Positions 47,064-56,525 are shown, counted from the first letter of the stretch. The stretch is DNA of 64,000 bases from a virus (IMGVR_UViG_3300047558_000238:43310-107309); one strand, 5' to 3'. Notes: generated by a model from the letters alone, not told the origin. Numbers and translations are program-made.

Positions 47064-47618
47064 TTATGGCAGCATGTCATAAAAGAAAACTAGTAGGTTT
47101 ACTCTAGAGCCTTTAGTAATTAAGTTGACTCCGTGTGATACATAGTATCCAGGAAAGAGAACTAAACTACCTGGCTTTGGCTTAACCTGAGCACCTTGGT
47201 CGTCAAAAAGCAGCTCTCCGCCTTCGTAATCATCGTTCAATAAGATGCTACAGACATGCGAACGCTTTTTCCCATCAAACTCTCCATCTGGGTTAGGGTC
47301 TTCATCTTTATGGGACGGCAGGAATGCTCCTTGGTCCATTACGTTTCCGAAGATTCTGCTAAATACAAACTCTCCATGCATCTCGTAAGTTGATATGTAA
47401 TAGTCCCTAATTTTTTCTACTAGACTCTCTAGCTTTCGCTCGGGGTCTTGGTGGATTGGGTAGTACCCTTGAGCAAGAGTGTGGTTGTCGAAGAACCCCA
47501 TGCCTCTGAAATTTGGTTTTGGGTCTGGTGATGAATTGTCTAGTACTATGCTAAGCAGCTGTGCACATTCTTCAGCTGTGAAGAAGTCTTCGATAATCTC
47601 AAAGGTGCGCTCACTCAT
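47064..47618 (-). CDS. 2OG-Fe(II) oxygenase inserted antisense in the tRNA array
   Basis: HKD, LNDDYEGGEL.F, HGV....GSR. Confidence 0.88.
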   Translation of the reverse strand: MSERTFEIIEDFFTAEECAQLLSIVLDNSSPDPKPNFRGMGFFDNHTLAQGYYPIHQDPERKLESLVEKIRDYYISTYEMHGEFVFSRIFGNVMDQGAFLPSHKDEDPNPDGEFDGKKRSHVCSILLNDDYEGGELLFDDQGAQVKPKPGSLVLFPGYYVSHGVNLITKGSRVNLLVFFYDMLP

Positions 47619-47663
47619 TTGGCATTTTCCATTCTATTAAGTACACTTATATTTTACAGCCAC

Positions 47664-47749
47664 CCTCCCGTGGTGAAACTGGTAGACGCGCTAGACTTAA
47701 AATCTGGTTCCGTAAAGGAGTGTCGGTTCGATCCCGACCGGGAGGACCA
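47664..47749 (+). tRNA. tRNA-Leu(TAA), CCA encoded
   Basis: CTAGA-CTTAAAA-TCTGG; long variable arm. Confidence 0.92.
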
Positions 47750-47750
47750 A

Positions 47751-47823
47751 CCCCACGTAGCTCAGTGGATAGAGCAGCGGCCTTCTAATCCGCTGGTCGT
47801 AGGTTCGATTCCTACCGTGGGGG
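47751..47823 (+). tRNA. tRNA-Arg(TCT)
   Basis: CCCCACG/CGTGGGG acceptor stem; loop CTTCTAA. Confidence 0.92.
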
Positions 47824-47841
47824 CTCTGGTAAAATAGGTAG

Positions 47842-48075
47842 ATGTCCCTAAAAAATCTCCCGGGGGATCTTCCTGATGACTACGCTAAGTTGAAAGACTT
47901 AGTCGATCAGGCGGTCCATAGAGCTATTGAGTTAGCTGAGTCTGCTCAGCGATTTGAGTTTTTTCAGGCGCTTCGAGATTTAATTCAAGAAAAAGACCTA
48001 GCTGGAGATCAGATTGCTGTAGATACTCTTAACTGGGCCTGTGAGCAGATAGCTTCTAGAATTCCGCTAGATTAG
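47842..48075 (+). CDS. Hypothetical protein
   Basis: TAAAAT-N6-ATG. Confidence 0.6.
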   Translation: MSLKNLPGDLPDDYAKLKDLVDQAVHRAIELAESAQRFEFFQALRDLIQEKDLAGDQIAVDTLNWACEQIASRIPLD

Positions 48076-48110
48076 TTGGAATACTTCACGTCACGCTATA
48101 GGATTGTGGT

Positions 48111-48821
48111 GTGACCGATATTACTTTTAGATCTGATGTAACCGTTGAACTTATCCAGTCCATGGGAGGAGATGAAGCAGTTGTTAGAAGTGCTCGTGTT
48201 TCTACCACTAGTGGTACTACTGGTGATCTTAGTTTGGGCGAACGAGAAAAAGGACTAATCAACTTTTTGATGCGTGACCGACACGGCACGCCGTTCGAAC
48301 ACAATGGTTTCACCTTCTATATCGAAGCACCAATCTTTGTGTTCCGTGAGTTTATGCGCCACCGTATGGCTTCATATAATGAAGAATCAGGACGATACAA
48401 GGAACTAGAGCCAGTCTTCTATGTGCCTGGCGATGACCGTAACTTAATTCAGGTTGGTAAACCAGGCGCATATACTTTCGAACCTGGCAGCTATTCTCAG
48501 GTTAAAAATGCTCAGGCTCTGACTCGTCTATCTAGCGAACGTTCCTATGAGCTATACAAGAAGATGCTTAGTGAGGGTATTGCTCGTGAAGTTGCTCGTG
48601 GAGTGCTTCCAGTAAATACTTATTCGAGTATGTACGTCACTATGAACGCACGCTCACTAATGAATTTTTTGAGCCTGCGCACCATGCGAGAAGGTACGCA
48701 CTTTCCTTCGTTCCCGCAGCGAGAGATCGAGATGGTAGCTGAGAAGATGGAATGCTTCTTTGCTGAGAAGATGCCAATTACTTATGAAACCTTTAACAAG
48801 AATGGTCGCGTGGCTCCGTAA
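48111..48821 (+). CDS. thyX: Flavin-dependent thymidylate synthase
   Basis: H.TPFEH, RHRMASYNEESGRY, ARGVLP, NARSLMNFL.LR. Confidence 0.95.
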   Translation: MTDITFRSDVTVELIQSMGGDEAVVRSARVSTTSGTTGDLSLGEREKGLINFLMRDRHGTPFEHNGFTFYIEAPIFVFREFMRHRMASYNEESGRYKELEPVFYVPGDDRNLIQVGKPGAYTFEPGSYSQVKNAQALTRLSSERSYELYKKMLSEGIAREVARGVLPVNTYSSMYVTMNARSLMNFLSLRTMREGTHFPSFPQREIEMVAEKMECFFAEKMPITYETFNKNGRVAP

Positions 48822-49102
48822 TGCTAGACATTGATCCAGTACATGAAGAAGCAAAGGGTCGTAAGACCGCAGCGAGTCTAGCTATCAATAAAGCAATGAC
48901 TGCTAGAAGAGTTGCAGAAGAGTCGTTTGAAAACTCTCTTGATGCTGCTTTTGAGTCTGGTTGGGAGCTAGGCATTATCGATGAGCGTAGTCGTGTAGCC
49001 GATATTCTTACTGCCTTAGAGCGTCGCTTGACAGATTCTGAAGAAGATGCTAAGCTCACTATCGAAATCATAAGAAAGCTGATTTCTACAGATTCTGACT
49101 AG
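48821..49102 (+). CDS. Hypothetical protein
   Basis: TAATG coupling to thyX. Confidence 0.55.
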   Translation: MLDIDPVHEEAKGRKTAASLAINKAMTARRVAEESFENSLDAAFESGWELGIIDERSRVADILTALERRLTDSEEDAKLTIEIIRKLISTDSD

Positions 49103-49109
49103 GAGTGAC

Positions 49110-49340
49110 ATGGAAGAGCGACAGAACGACAATGATGAGCTTTGCTCTAGTTTTGATGAACTAATTCGTAAAGAGCACTCTCCGGTAGATAAGCAGCGTC
49201 TTATTGAAGTCTGGTCTAAGGTCCAGATTGCAGAGATTATGCAGAAGCATGCTAAAAGCCTTCTAGACTCTGCCCAAACGGATTTAGAGTTCTACAAACT
49301 AATTAGAGCTGAGCGTGAGTTAAATGACGGACTACAGTAG
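49110..49340 (+). CDS. Hypothetical protein
   Basis: AGGAG SD. Confidence 0.55.
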   Translation: MEERQNDNDELCSSFDELIRKEHSPVDKQRLIEVWSKVQIAEIMQKHAKSLLDSAQTDLEFYKLIRAERELNDGLQ

Positions 49341-49602
49341 TCAGCTTCGCTCGACTCGAATGCAGCTAGAGCATACTGATATCTATCTAACCTGCCATGA
49401 TGAGCTATCTTGCCGTGGCGAGTACTGCACTCTACATAAGCGTTCAGACCACTCGATGCGCTCTTTTCCGCAGCATTGGCGTGCTGATCGTGCTCTGATG
49501 GAGCGAATTTGTCCTCATGGGGTTGGCCACCCTGACCCTGATGATATCTATCTAGACCTAAATGAACGCGGTGTCCACGGTTGTGATGGTTGCTGTGGCT
49601 AA
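49324..49602 (+). CDS. Cys/His-rich metal-binding hypothetical protein
   Basis: ER.CPHGVGHPDPD...HGCDGCC. Confidence 0.65.
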   Translation: MTDYSSQLRSTRMQLEHTDIYLTCHDELSCRGEYCTLHKRSDHSMRSFPQHWRADRALMERICPHGVGHPDPDDIYLDLNERGVHGCDGCCG

Positions 49603-49720
49603 ATTTGGTTGGTGCTTGACAAATCATCATGAGCTTTGTATAGTAAAACTTGTATCTAGCGATACCTACTGTGACTGTAAGTGTCATGAGAAGAATTCAG
49701 AGGACGTAGATGATAAATAA
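49595..49720 (+). CDS. Small Cys/His protein (41 aa), absent from the ORF track
   Basis: MAKFGWCLTNHHELC...CDCKCH; overlaps both neighbours. Confidence 0.55.
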   Translation: MAKFGWCLTNHHELCIVKLVSSDTYCDCKCHEKNSEDVDDK

Positions 49721-50180
49721 AGAGACCCTAGACAAGATTGCAGAGATTACTCGTCTCCATGACGAAGCATTCTGGCACTTGCACCAGTTTGATGGCCATG
49801 CTAAGAGCAGTGATGGCTATGTAGCAATAAAGATTGGATTTGGTACAGTATGGGATCGCCAGGAAGAGCCAGTAGAGCCAAGTGTGAGCGTGGACATCTA
49901 TTCCTATGTAGTTGCTTCGAATACCCCTTCCTATCCAAACTTCGGGGACAGAAGCCACTACTTCGAGACGGTGGACGAAGCACTTCAGGTGATGAAGGAG
50001 TGGCACCAGAGAGCGATGAGCTACCAGCCGACAGAAGACGAGCTGAAAGAGATTGATGATTTTGCTCGTGAGATGTGTGAAGTTATTAAAGATAAAACCA
50101 CGGTCTACGAGCTAAATGATGGTGAAACTACAAAAGTTTGGCCACCAGAGAACTTTAGAGATAAAGCAAACGGAGAGTAG
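49710..50180 (+). CDS. Hypothetical protein
   Basis: GAGGA SD; tightly packed operon. Confidence 0.6.
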   Translation: MINKETLDKIAEITRLHDEAFWHLHQFDGHAKSSDGYVAIKIGFGTVWDRQEEPVEPSVSVDIYSYVVASNTPSYPNFGDRSHYFETVDEALQVMKEWHQRAMSYQPTEDELKEIDDFAREMCEVIKDKTTVYELNDGETTKVWPPENFRDKANGE

Positions 50181-50181
50181 C

Positions 50182-50475
50182 ATGGGTAAGAAAAAGTCAG
50201 AGCGTAAGGTCTACCGGGACTTCACGCTGGATGAGTTTGATGAGTTCACTCTTGGTCGTATGATTGAAGGTGCTGCTGAAGAGCGTGGCAACATTATTGC
50301 TGAGCTTCGACGTCATGCTCTAGAGCTACGTACTCTATCTAGCTACTCTAAGCTGCCTCTGCCTGAAGATGTTTTTGCTCATAGGGCTATGGGTCTAGAG
50401 ATGGCAATCTCTATTATCCAGAACTTGCCTGACCTTGAAGAGAACGTTGGTTGTCGTGAGTGTGGCGCGTTCTAG
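50182..50475 (+). CDS. Hypothetical protein
   Basis: GGAG SD before ATG 50182. Confidence 0.55.
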   Translation: MGKKKSERKVYRDFTLDEFDEFTLGRMIEGAAEERGNIIAELRRHALELRTLSSYSKLPLPEDVFAHRAMGLEMAISIIQNLPDLEENVGCRECGAF

Positions 50476-50573
50476 TGGACTGTTCCAACTGCAAGATTGA
50501 ACTAACTAAAGACCCTCATGGTTGGCATGAATGTGTAAGGTGTGGAGCTATCTGGATAGGAGTTGTTGAATGA
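50475..50573 (+). CDS. Tiny Zn-ribbon protein (32 aa), absent from the ORF track
   Basis: CSNC...CVRCG; coupled at both ends. Confidence 0.5.
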   Translation: MDCSNCKIELTKDPHGWHECVRCGAIWIGVVE

Positions 50574-50893
50574 GCTACGCAAGAAGTAACGGTGTAGACA
50601 GCGATGTCTACGTCTATGAACACTGTGCTGGTTTTATTGAATGCTGTGGTTGTAGGTTAACAGCTCCAGAAGAGCATGAAGACGTTGGCTTCGCTAGATT
50701 GAGCACTGCTCGTGAGGCTCTTGCCCATTTGGAGTGGCATGTACGCGAAGGCGATAAAGTCCCTGATCGAGCCTTTGAAAGAATTAAGGAAGAGCACCCG
50801 GACCTAGACGCCGCTATTCAGCCGTATGTTACTCCACCAGAGGTTCGTGAGCGTCAGCTTAAGCGTATGCGGGAATTGTTTAACCGTGATTAG
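50570..50893 (+). CDS. Hypothetical protein
   Basis: MSYAR...SDVYVY...CCGC. Confidence 0.6.
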   Translation: MSYARSNGVDSDVYVYEHCAGFIECCGCRLTAPEEHEDVGFARLSTAREALAHLEWHVREGDKVPDRAFERIKEEHPDLDAAIQPYVTPPEVRERQLKRMRELFNRD

Positions 50894-51059
50894 GTTTCGT
50901 TGGTACCCGAAGAAGCCATTGAAGTACACTGCTTGGGATACGCACTGGGGTTGGCAGCTTTGGGGGCATAAAGGTAATGGTCTTCGTGGTCCATATAAAT
51001 GGACACTTGACATTTATTTGGGAAAGCGTATACTTGTAGTTATCTTTGGAAGGAGATAA
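50886..51059 (+). CDS. Hypothetical protein
   Basis: Overlapping GTG start; fills the operon. Confidence 0.45.
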   Translation: MIRFRWYPKKPLKYTAWDTHWGWQLWGHKGNGLRGPYKWTLDIYLGKRILVVIFGRR

Positions 51060-51062
51060 CAA

Positions 51063-51404
51063 ATGCCATGTCAAGTAGAGACGTATGATGATGGATATTC
51101 ACGAGCACGTGAGGCAAACGCTGAAACGCAGAAGTGGAAGAAAATTGCTGACAAGCTAACCCATGAGAACGATATTCTCCGTGAAGGTATTCTTGCTGCT
51201 GCAGAAAAGGCACCTAAGGCTTTTACCGCTAGCTTCTTGAAGAAGGTGAACCTAGATCAGGTTGCTCACCGCAAAGAAGACCTACGCCGTCTAGAGAAGA
51301 CCTTCCGTGCAGCTAAGGACGCAGAGAAGTTGGGTCTTGTTATGTTGGCTGACCCAAATAAGCCATTACAGAAGCAACTTGGATTTGATCCAGATGCTTA
51401 CTAG
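51063..51404 (+). CDS. Hypothetical protein
   Basis: AAGGAG SD. Confidence 0.6.
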   Translation: MPCQVETYDDGYSRAREANAETQKWKKIADKLTHENDILREGILAAAEKAPKAFTASFLKKVNLDQVAHRKEDLRRLEKTFRAAKDAEKLGLVMLADPNKPLQKQLGFDPDAY

Positions 51405-51521
51405 ACTTAAGTACAAATTTCGCGGATATGTTAAGCGCCGTGAAGATGAAGCTGCATTTAAGGCATTTATTGCTGGTATGCAGTATGGCAAATATCTAGC
51501 CGAGAAAGACGTGAAGTCAAA

Positions 51522-52439
51522 GTGAAGAAGAAAAAGGTAATTATCCCCCGTGGGCTGCCAGGTTCTGGTAAGAGCACTTGGGTCAAAGAGCAGTTGGCTA
51601 CGCACCCTGCTGGCACTGCTGTTCGCTTGAACAACGATGATCTTTCTATGATGCTCTACAACGAGATGTGGGGCAATATGTTTAACAACGCGAGCAAGGA
51701 GTTGCTACATCACTTGCGCTTGGCTATGCTTAAAACTTTTCTTGCGCAGGAGTACATCACGCACATCTACGTTGATAACACCAACCTTGCACGCGCAACC
51801 GTAAAAGCTTTGCAGGATGTCACTTTGTTGGCTGGTGCTGAGTTTGTTGTTGTAGACACTTTTCTAGACGTCCCTATTGAAGAGTGCATTGAGCGTGACT
51901 CGAAGCGCGAGAAGGTTGTTGGCGGAGATGTTATTCGCAAGATGGCTGGTCAGCTGAAGGGCATTAGGTCGTGGAAGGTCCCCGAGACTCCTACGATTAA
52001 AGCGCATGACAACACTAACTCTGAGTTGGAGTCGGTAGTTCTCTGCGATATCGACGGAACTATTGCATTGATGAACGGCCGTAGCCCGTATGAGTTCGAC
52101 AAGGTTCACACGGACGTCCCTAATTTTTCTGTAGCTGCTTTGGTTGCAATGCTTAAGGCTAATGATGTTCGAGTCATCTTTATGTCTGGACGTGGCGAGG
52201 AGTCTCGCAATGAGACAACTGTCTGGTTATGGAACGAGCTAGGATTTAAGCCAGAGCTATACATGCGTGCAGCTGGAGACGTACGTCCTGACTGGATTGT
52301 CAAGTATGAGCTATTCCAGGAGCACATTGCTGGTAAGTATCATGTTTGGTTTGTACTTGACGACCGTGATCAGGTTGTTGATCTTTGGCGTCGCAAGCTT
52401 GGCCTTCCAACTTTCCAGGTAGCGGATGGTGGCTTCTAA
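51522..52439 (+). CDS. pnk: Polynucleotide 5'-kinase/3'-phosphatase (T4 PseT-like)
   Basis: GLPGSGKST P-loop; HAD motifs DIDGT, SGR, DDR.QVV..WR. Confidence 0.92.
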   Translation: MKKKKVIIPRGLPGSGKSTWVKEQLATHPAGTAVRLNNDDLSMMLYNEMWGNMFNNASKELLHHLRLAMLKTFLAQEYITHIYVDNTNLARATVKALQDVTLLAGAEFVVVDTFLDVPIEECIERDSKREKVVGGDVIRKMAGQLKGIRSWKVPETPTIKAHDNTNSELESVVLCDIDGTIALMNGRSPYEFDKVHTDVPNFSVAALVAMLKANDVRVIFMSGRGEESRNETTVWLWNELGFKPELYMRAAGDVRPDWIVKYELFQEHIAGKYHVWFVLDDRDQVVDLWRRKLGLPTFQVADGGF

Positions 52440-52609
52440 TGAAGTGTGATTACTGCGAGAGTCAAGCTGTGTTCCGCCTATACCATCGAGATGGTTCTGA
52501 AACTGCACGCTGCGGTGAGTGCAAGAGTCCGGAGACAGTATTTAGTATCGCTAAGCTCGGTCTTGAGTTTAAGAATGATAACTACATCTATGTACGAACG
52601 GAAGACTGA
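52439..52609 (+). CDS. Small Zn-finger protein
   Basis: CDYC...CGEC; TAATG coupling. Confidence 0.5.
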   Translation: MKCDYCESQAVFRLYHRDGSETARCGECKSPETVFSIAKLGLEFKNDNYIYVRTED

Positions 52610-52950
52610 TGGCTAAAAGTCCGCTAGGCCCTAGCTATTGCACTATATGCTCCGAGTACTTCTGGGAGAGCAAGCACGAGTGCGAATGGGGTGTTGAGAA
52701 GTTTACTGATAGCGATGGACACCAGTCCCTAAGAATTATAGCTACAACGTCAGAAGAGCAGAATACCGCTCGGATACTACTTGAAGAGTTTGAAAGAACC
52801 ATGAATCTGCTTAAGGCAAATAATGGTAAAGGCTCCATGACTGAAGCAATGTGGTTGCTACTTGAAGATGCGTACTACGGTGGGGTACAGTGTAACTGGC
52901 CTAAGTGGAAGAAGTATCTAAAAAGTCTGAAGGGACAAACAAATGAGTAA
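52609..52950 (+). CDS. Hypothetical protein
   Basis: Coupled ORF with CTIC. Confidence 0.55.
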   Translation: MAKSPLGPSYCTICSEYFWESKHECEWGVEKFTDSDGHQSLRIIATTSEEQNTARILLEEFERTMNLLKANNGKGSMTEAMWLLLEDAYYGGVQCNWPKWKKYLKSLKGQTNE

Positions 52951-53269
52951 ATGGGTTTGTAAGACCTGTGATGACATAATCCCTCACGAGCACTACCCTA
53001 CAACTGAAGGAGTACGTAGGGCGTATGTCTACCCGTCCCCTAGCGGGGCAGTTTGGGATGAACAAGACGCGGAAGTAGAGTTCAATCTTTGGCTAAAATA
53101 CCACGATGAAGACGTAGCCAAAGAAACCGAGGACCGCATTATCAAACGACTTGAAGAAGAACGTGAAAAGCACATTCCGTGGTGCGGAGAGGTTCAGCCC
53201 TGTCCTAAGTGTTATCAGACAGTTGGCTTAGAAACTGCTATCGCTCTTACCGAGGGAGAGAACAAGTGA
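52943..53269 (+). CDS. Hypothetical protein
   Basis: Coupled ORF with CKTC and CPKC. Confidence 0.55.
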   Translation: MSKWVCKTCDDIIPHEHYPTTEGVRRAYVYPSPSGAVWDEQDAEVEFNLWLKYHDEDVAKETEDRIIKRLEEEREKHIPWCGEVQPCPKCYQTVGLETAIALTEGENK

Positions 53270-54363
53270 CGCACCTATTTAATGTCGTAGACCGAGCAAC
53301 CTACAAGAAAGCTGTAGAGGCTGGCTACATTAAAGTTCAGTCGCACCCTGAGATTCAGGGCTACACTATCCACAATTACACTGATGCTTGTACCTGGGAT
53401 CAAGCTTGGGATGGAGCAACTCTAAACTGCCGTGGGCTTATTACAGATGACGATGGCAACATCATTGCACGAGGTATGCCTAAGTTCTTTAACTCTGACC
53501 AAGAGCAAGCACCTGTCTTTGCTTTGGACGATGAGGTTATCGTTTCGGACAAGATAGATGGCTCTTTAGGTATTCTTTACTATCCGCCAGACTTCTCTGA
53601 AGCTATTGCAACTCGTGGTTCGTTTGCATCCGAGCAAGCAATGTGGGCAACTAACTGGTGGCGCGAGAATCGTCCAGACATTGCTTTAGAGGCTGGCAAG
53701 ACTTACTTGTTTGAGATTTTGTATCCAGAAAATCGCATCGTAGTTGACTACGGCGATAAAGAGGGATTGGTCTGGCTAGGCACTGTAGATAATGAAACTG
53801 GTAGGTTTGAGCCTGGGTGGAGTCTACCTATTGACTCTGCTCAGCAGTATAGCTATAGGACTTGGGGCGAAGTGTTAGCCGCTCCTGCACGCGATAACGC
53901 GGAGGGCTTTGTAGTTACCAGAGTGTCGGACGGCGCTATGGTAAAAATTAAGTACGAAGACTACAAGCGCCTACACAAGTACATGACTCGTGTCACCGAG
54001 CGTCATGTGTGGGAGTGTTTATCAGAAGAACGCTCGCTGGAGGCTGAGTTCGCTGGAGCACCAGATGAGTTCCACGTATGGCTTCGTGAAGTAGCCAATA
54101 GGTTGTGGGCTGAGTTTGAGAAGCGTCACCTACAGATCATTCTTGACTACCGCGCTATTCGTTTTGGTCCGGGGGAGGCTTCGTTCGAAGTTGAAGACGC
54201 TCGTGAAGCTAAAAAGAACTTTGCTATGGCTGTTAAAGACGAGAAAGATAAAGCCTACTACTTCACTTGCTTTGGTGACGGCAGCATTGTTGCGCAAGTT
54301 TGGAAAGAGCTGAAGCCTGCTGGCGGAAATACGTTCCGTGCTGTCAGCTCGGACGCAGATTAA
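53266..54363 (+). CDS. RNA ligase (T4 Rnl1-like)
   Basis: CRGL, KFFN, motif I KIDGSLG, ATRGSF, EGFVV, VKIKY..Y. Confidence 0.9.
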   Translation: MTHLFNVVDRATYKKAVEAGYIKVQSHPEIQGYTIHNYTDACTWDQAWDGATLNCRGLITDDDGNIIARGMPKFFNSDQEQAPVFALDDEVIVSDKIDGSLGILYYPPDFSEAIATRGSFASEQAMWATNWWRENRPDIALEAGKTYLFEILYPENRIVVDYGDKEGLVWLGTVDNETGRFEPGWSLPIDSAQQYSYRTWGEVLAAPARDNAEGFVVTRVSDGAMVKIKYEDYKRLHKYMTRVTERHVWECLSEERSLEAEFAGAPDEFHVWLREVANRLWAEFEKRHLQIILDYRAIRFGPGEASFEVEDAREAKKNFAMAVKDEKDKAYYFTCFGDGSIVAQVWKELKPAGGNTFRAVSSDAD

Positions 54364-54370
54364 GGAGATA

Positions 54371-54589
54371 ATGATGGCACTACCAAAAATTCCTATGATT
54401 CTGGGCGCTCACGGTGTTCAGGCTCTTGTTCGTAGAGACACTGCCGCTCGCTGGGAAGAAGTTAATCCTGTGCTTAAAGCAGATGAGATAGGGTATGAAA
54501 CAGATACCGATATCTTTAAAGTTGGTGATGGTATCCGTGAATGGGTTGACCTGAGGTCTTATAGGAAATCAAATGATAATCAAAACTGA
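54371..54589 (+). CDS. Stand-alone Mtd/hyaluronidase-type fibre N-terminal domain
   Basis: RRDTAARW...NPVL...EIGYETDT..FKVGDG...W..L matches the N-terminus of 27863-30484; AAGGAG SD. Confidence 0.75.
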   Translation: MMALPKIPMILGAHGVQALVRRDTAARWEEVNPVLKADEIGYETDTDIFKVGDGIREWVDLRSYRKSNDNQN

Positions 54590-54827
54590 GAGCGGATCTC
54601 GCTACGAGATTGATGACCACGGCATCTGTAGAAAGTTCGACCGTGACGGTGATGTAGTTGATGTCTTCAAACTGTACTGCATGAAGGCTATTCCTACTGG
54701 TGTCATCACCCAGATAGCTCAGGTGTGGGACTATCCGAACGGTGAGCCAGAGGTTGGCAAGCTTCTATTTGTTCTTGGTAAGGATGTCTCTTGGTTGAGC
54801 ACTGAGGTTGTTTCAATTGAAGCTTAA
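54573..54827 (+). CDS. Hypothetical protein
   Basis: Overlapping start in the operon. Confidence 0.55.
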   Translation: MIIKTESGSRYEIDDHGICRKFDRDGDVVDVFKLYCMKAIPTGVITQIAQVWDYPNGEPEVGKLLFVLGKDVSWLSTEVVSIEA

Positions 54828-55065
54828 ATTTGCTAAGGCGTACTACTGGGGCGTCATATCTTTCCTGAGTTTGATTGCTATTTCTTATATTATTTTTGCA
54901 ATTGGATTTATTGGTAACGGGATTCTTGGTGAAAATCCTCTTGATTGGCGCGGGTATGTTTTATTAGCTTGCGTTTTTGGATTCCTTGCTGTAGTATGGG
55001 GTGCAATTGCCCTTTTTAATTGGGCTGAAGCATATATTGACAGAAATGATGGGCAAAGAAAATGA
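54808..55065 (+). CDS. Two-TM membrane protein
   Basis: Two hydrophobic helices. Confidence 0.55.
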   Translation: MFQLKLKFAKAYYWGVISFLSLIAISYIIFAIGFIGNGILGENPLDWRGYVLLACVFGFLAVVWGAIALFNWAEAYIDRNDGQRK

Positions 55066-55613
55066 CAGAAGAGACAGAAACAGAAGAACCAGCTCTAACT
55101 CCAATAGAGAAGAAGCTTCTTGATCGCATTGATCCTAGCTATGGTAAATGGATTAGCTGTGATAAGGGCTGGTATCGAATTTTAGAAGAGCTAGACGCAA
55201 AGTTGGCATACCTATATCCTGACTACAAGATTGCCCAGGTCAAGGAGAAGTTTGGCACTCTTCGGTTCTACACTGAAGGAGTGCCTGTTGGTGTTGTCGG
55301 AGAACTGATGGATGACGCTATTGCAGAAGCTTCACGCCTATCTGCTAAGACCTGCGAAATTTGTGGTAAGTCTTCTATGCGCGGTGGCAATGGTTGGATC
55401 TATGACCCTTCTGTTGGAACTCGTGTGCGTGGCGGTTGGTACAAAACTGTCTGTGATGATTGCGGTACTCCACTTGGGTATGCTCCGTATAAAGACTCAT
55501 ATGAAAGTGCGTATGATGACTGCATTACAGATCTTAAAGATTTTTATGGTAGCAAAGACCTTGAAGTTCCTGAAGGCCTTATCAAGTATCTGACTGGAAA
55601 AGACGATGAATAA
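55062..55613 (+). CDS. Conserved-type phage hypothetical protein
   Basis: GW, QVKEKFGTLRFY, CEICG, T.C..C. Confidence 0.7.
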   Translation: MTEETETEEPALTPIEKKLLDRIDPSYGKWISCDKGWYRILEELDAKLAYLYPDYKIAQVKEKFGTLRFYTEGVPVGVVGELMDDAIAEASRLSAKTCEICGKSSMRGGNGWIYDPSVGTRVRGGWYKTVCDDCGTPLGYAPYKDSYESAYDDCITDLKDFYGSKDLEVPEGLIKYLTGKDDE

Positions 55614-55755
55614 TGACCTGCTGCACGCCATCGAAATGTCTAAGGATATTGTCTCGATGTTGGCTGGCGTAAAGAAGCAAGCTATGGATAGCGGATTCAG
55701 TGAAGAGATCGCTGAGCTAATCGCGTTGGAGATGCTTAAGAAGAGTGGCTCTTAG
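55606..55755 (+). CDS. Small hypothetical protein (49 aa), absent from the ORF track
   Basis: MNNDLLHAIE...GFSEEIAE; coupled. Confidence 0.5.
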   Translation: MNNDLLHAIEMSKDIVSMLAGVKKQAMDSGFSEEIAELIALEMLKKSGS

Positions 55756-55756
55756 T

Positions 55757-55957
55757 ATGGATATTAAAAAATATAGTGAGCGAATAGTTCTTGGCATTGA
55801 AGAAGAGACTCCTGAGTTTCTTGCTGTAAAAATAGTTATGCAAGAAGGCGCTCTTCGGTTTCAGGAGCAGGTCATCGAGGCGCTAAATGCAGCTGGTGAA
55901 CTTGATGCAATCAAGATAATTGAACAGGTGGAGTTTGATGTCACAAAAGGAATTTGA
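55757..55957 (+). CDS. Hypothetical protein
   Basis: ATG directly after the upstream stop. Confidence 0.5.
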   Translation: MDIKKYSERIVLGIEEETPEFLAVKIVMQEGALRFQEQVIEALNAAGELDAIKIIEQVEFDVTKGI

Positions 55958-56525
55958 ACTATATAGGTTTGAGTATATCTATCAGGGTGAGCGTAATGTT
56001 GACTGGGTGTGGTTGAAGGGTGAAGAAGAGACTCGTGACTATATGGCTAGTGAAACTGATATTGCTGCCATGACATACCGCAAAGCTTCTGATGATGAAG
56101 TTGCTTTATATGAAGAAGCTTTTGAAGATGGCAGAGGGTTAGGCATTGCAGAGACTCGAATGGAGTTGAGCAACGGAGTCGTCTTCAGATTAGAGAGCTT
56201 TACTGCCGATGAAGACGGCATAGATATGAAGACAACTAAGATGTTCACCTGCGGTGAGTGCGGTACATCTAGTCTAGATTTTGAAGTAAAAGCTGCAACT
56301 ACTGGTGACTACTTTGTCTCTTTCGACAAGGAAGGTACTCTTTGGCATATATGTACCGATTGTGCTTCAGATTGTCGTCATGACTGGACGCACTTTAGCT
56401 CTGAGGTGTGTAAGTGTGGCTCTATCCACAACTACTGCGATACGTGTGGCGAAGCGATTAATTGTGAGCTAGACTCAGATATAAGTACTGATAGTCCGTA
56501 CAGAAGAAAAAAGAAGGATAACTAG
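55938..56525 (+). CDS. Hypothetical protein with multiple CxxC motifs
   Basis: CGEC, CTDC, CKC, CDTC. Confidence 0.6.
   Translation: MSQKEFELYRFEYIYQGERNVDWVWLKGEEETRDYMASETDIAAMTYRKASDDEVALYEEAFEDGRGLGIAETRMELSNGVVFRLESFTADEDGIDMKTTKMFTCGECGTSSLDFEVKAATTGDYFVSFDKEGTLWHICTDCASDCRHDWTHFSSEVCKCGSIHNYCDTCGEAINCELDSDISTDSPYRRKKKDN

Noticed and set aside
49616-49644. TTGACA-N17-TATAGT promoter-like sequence
   Set aside because: Lies inside a plausible small Cys/His ORF (49595-49720). It may be real, but cannot be distinguished from coincidence.
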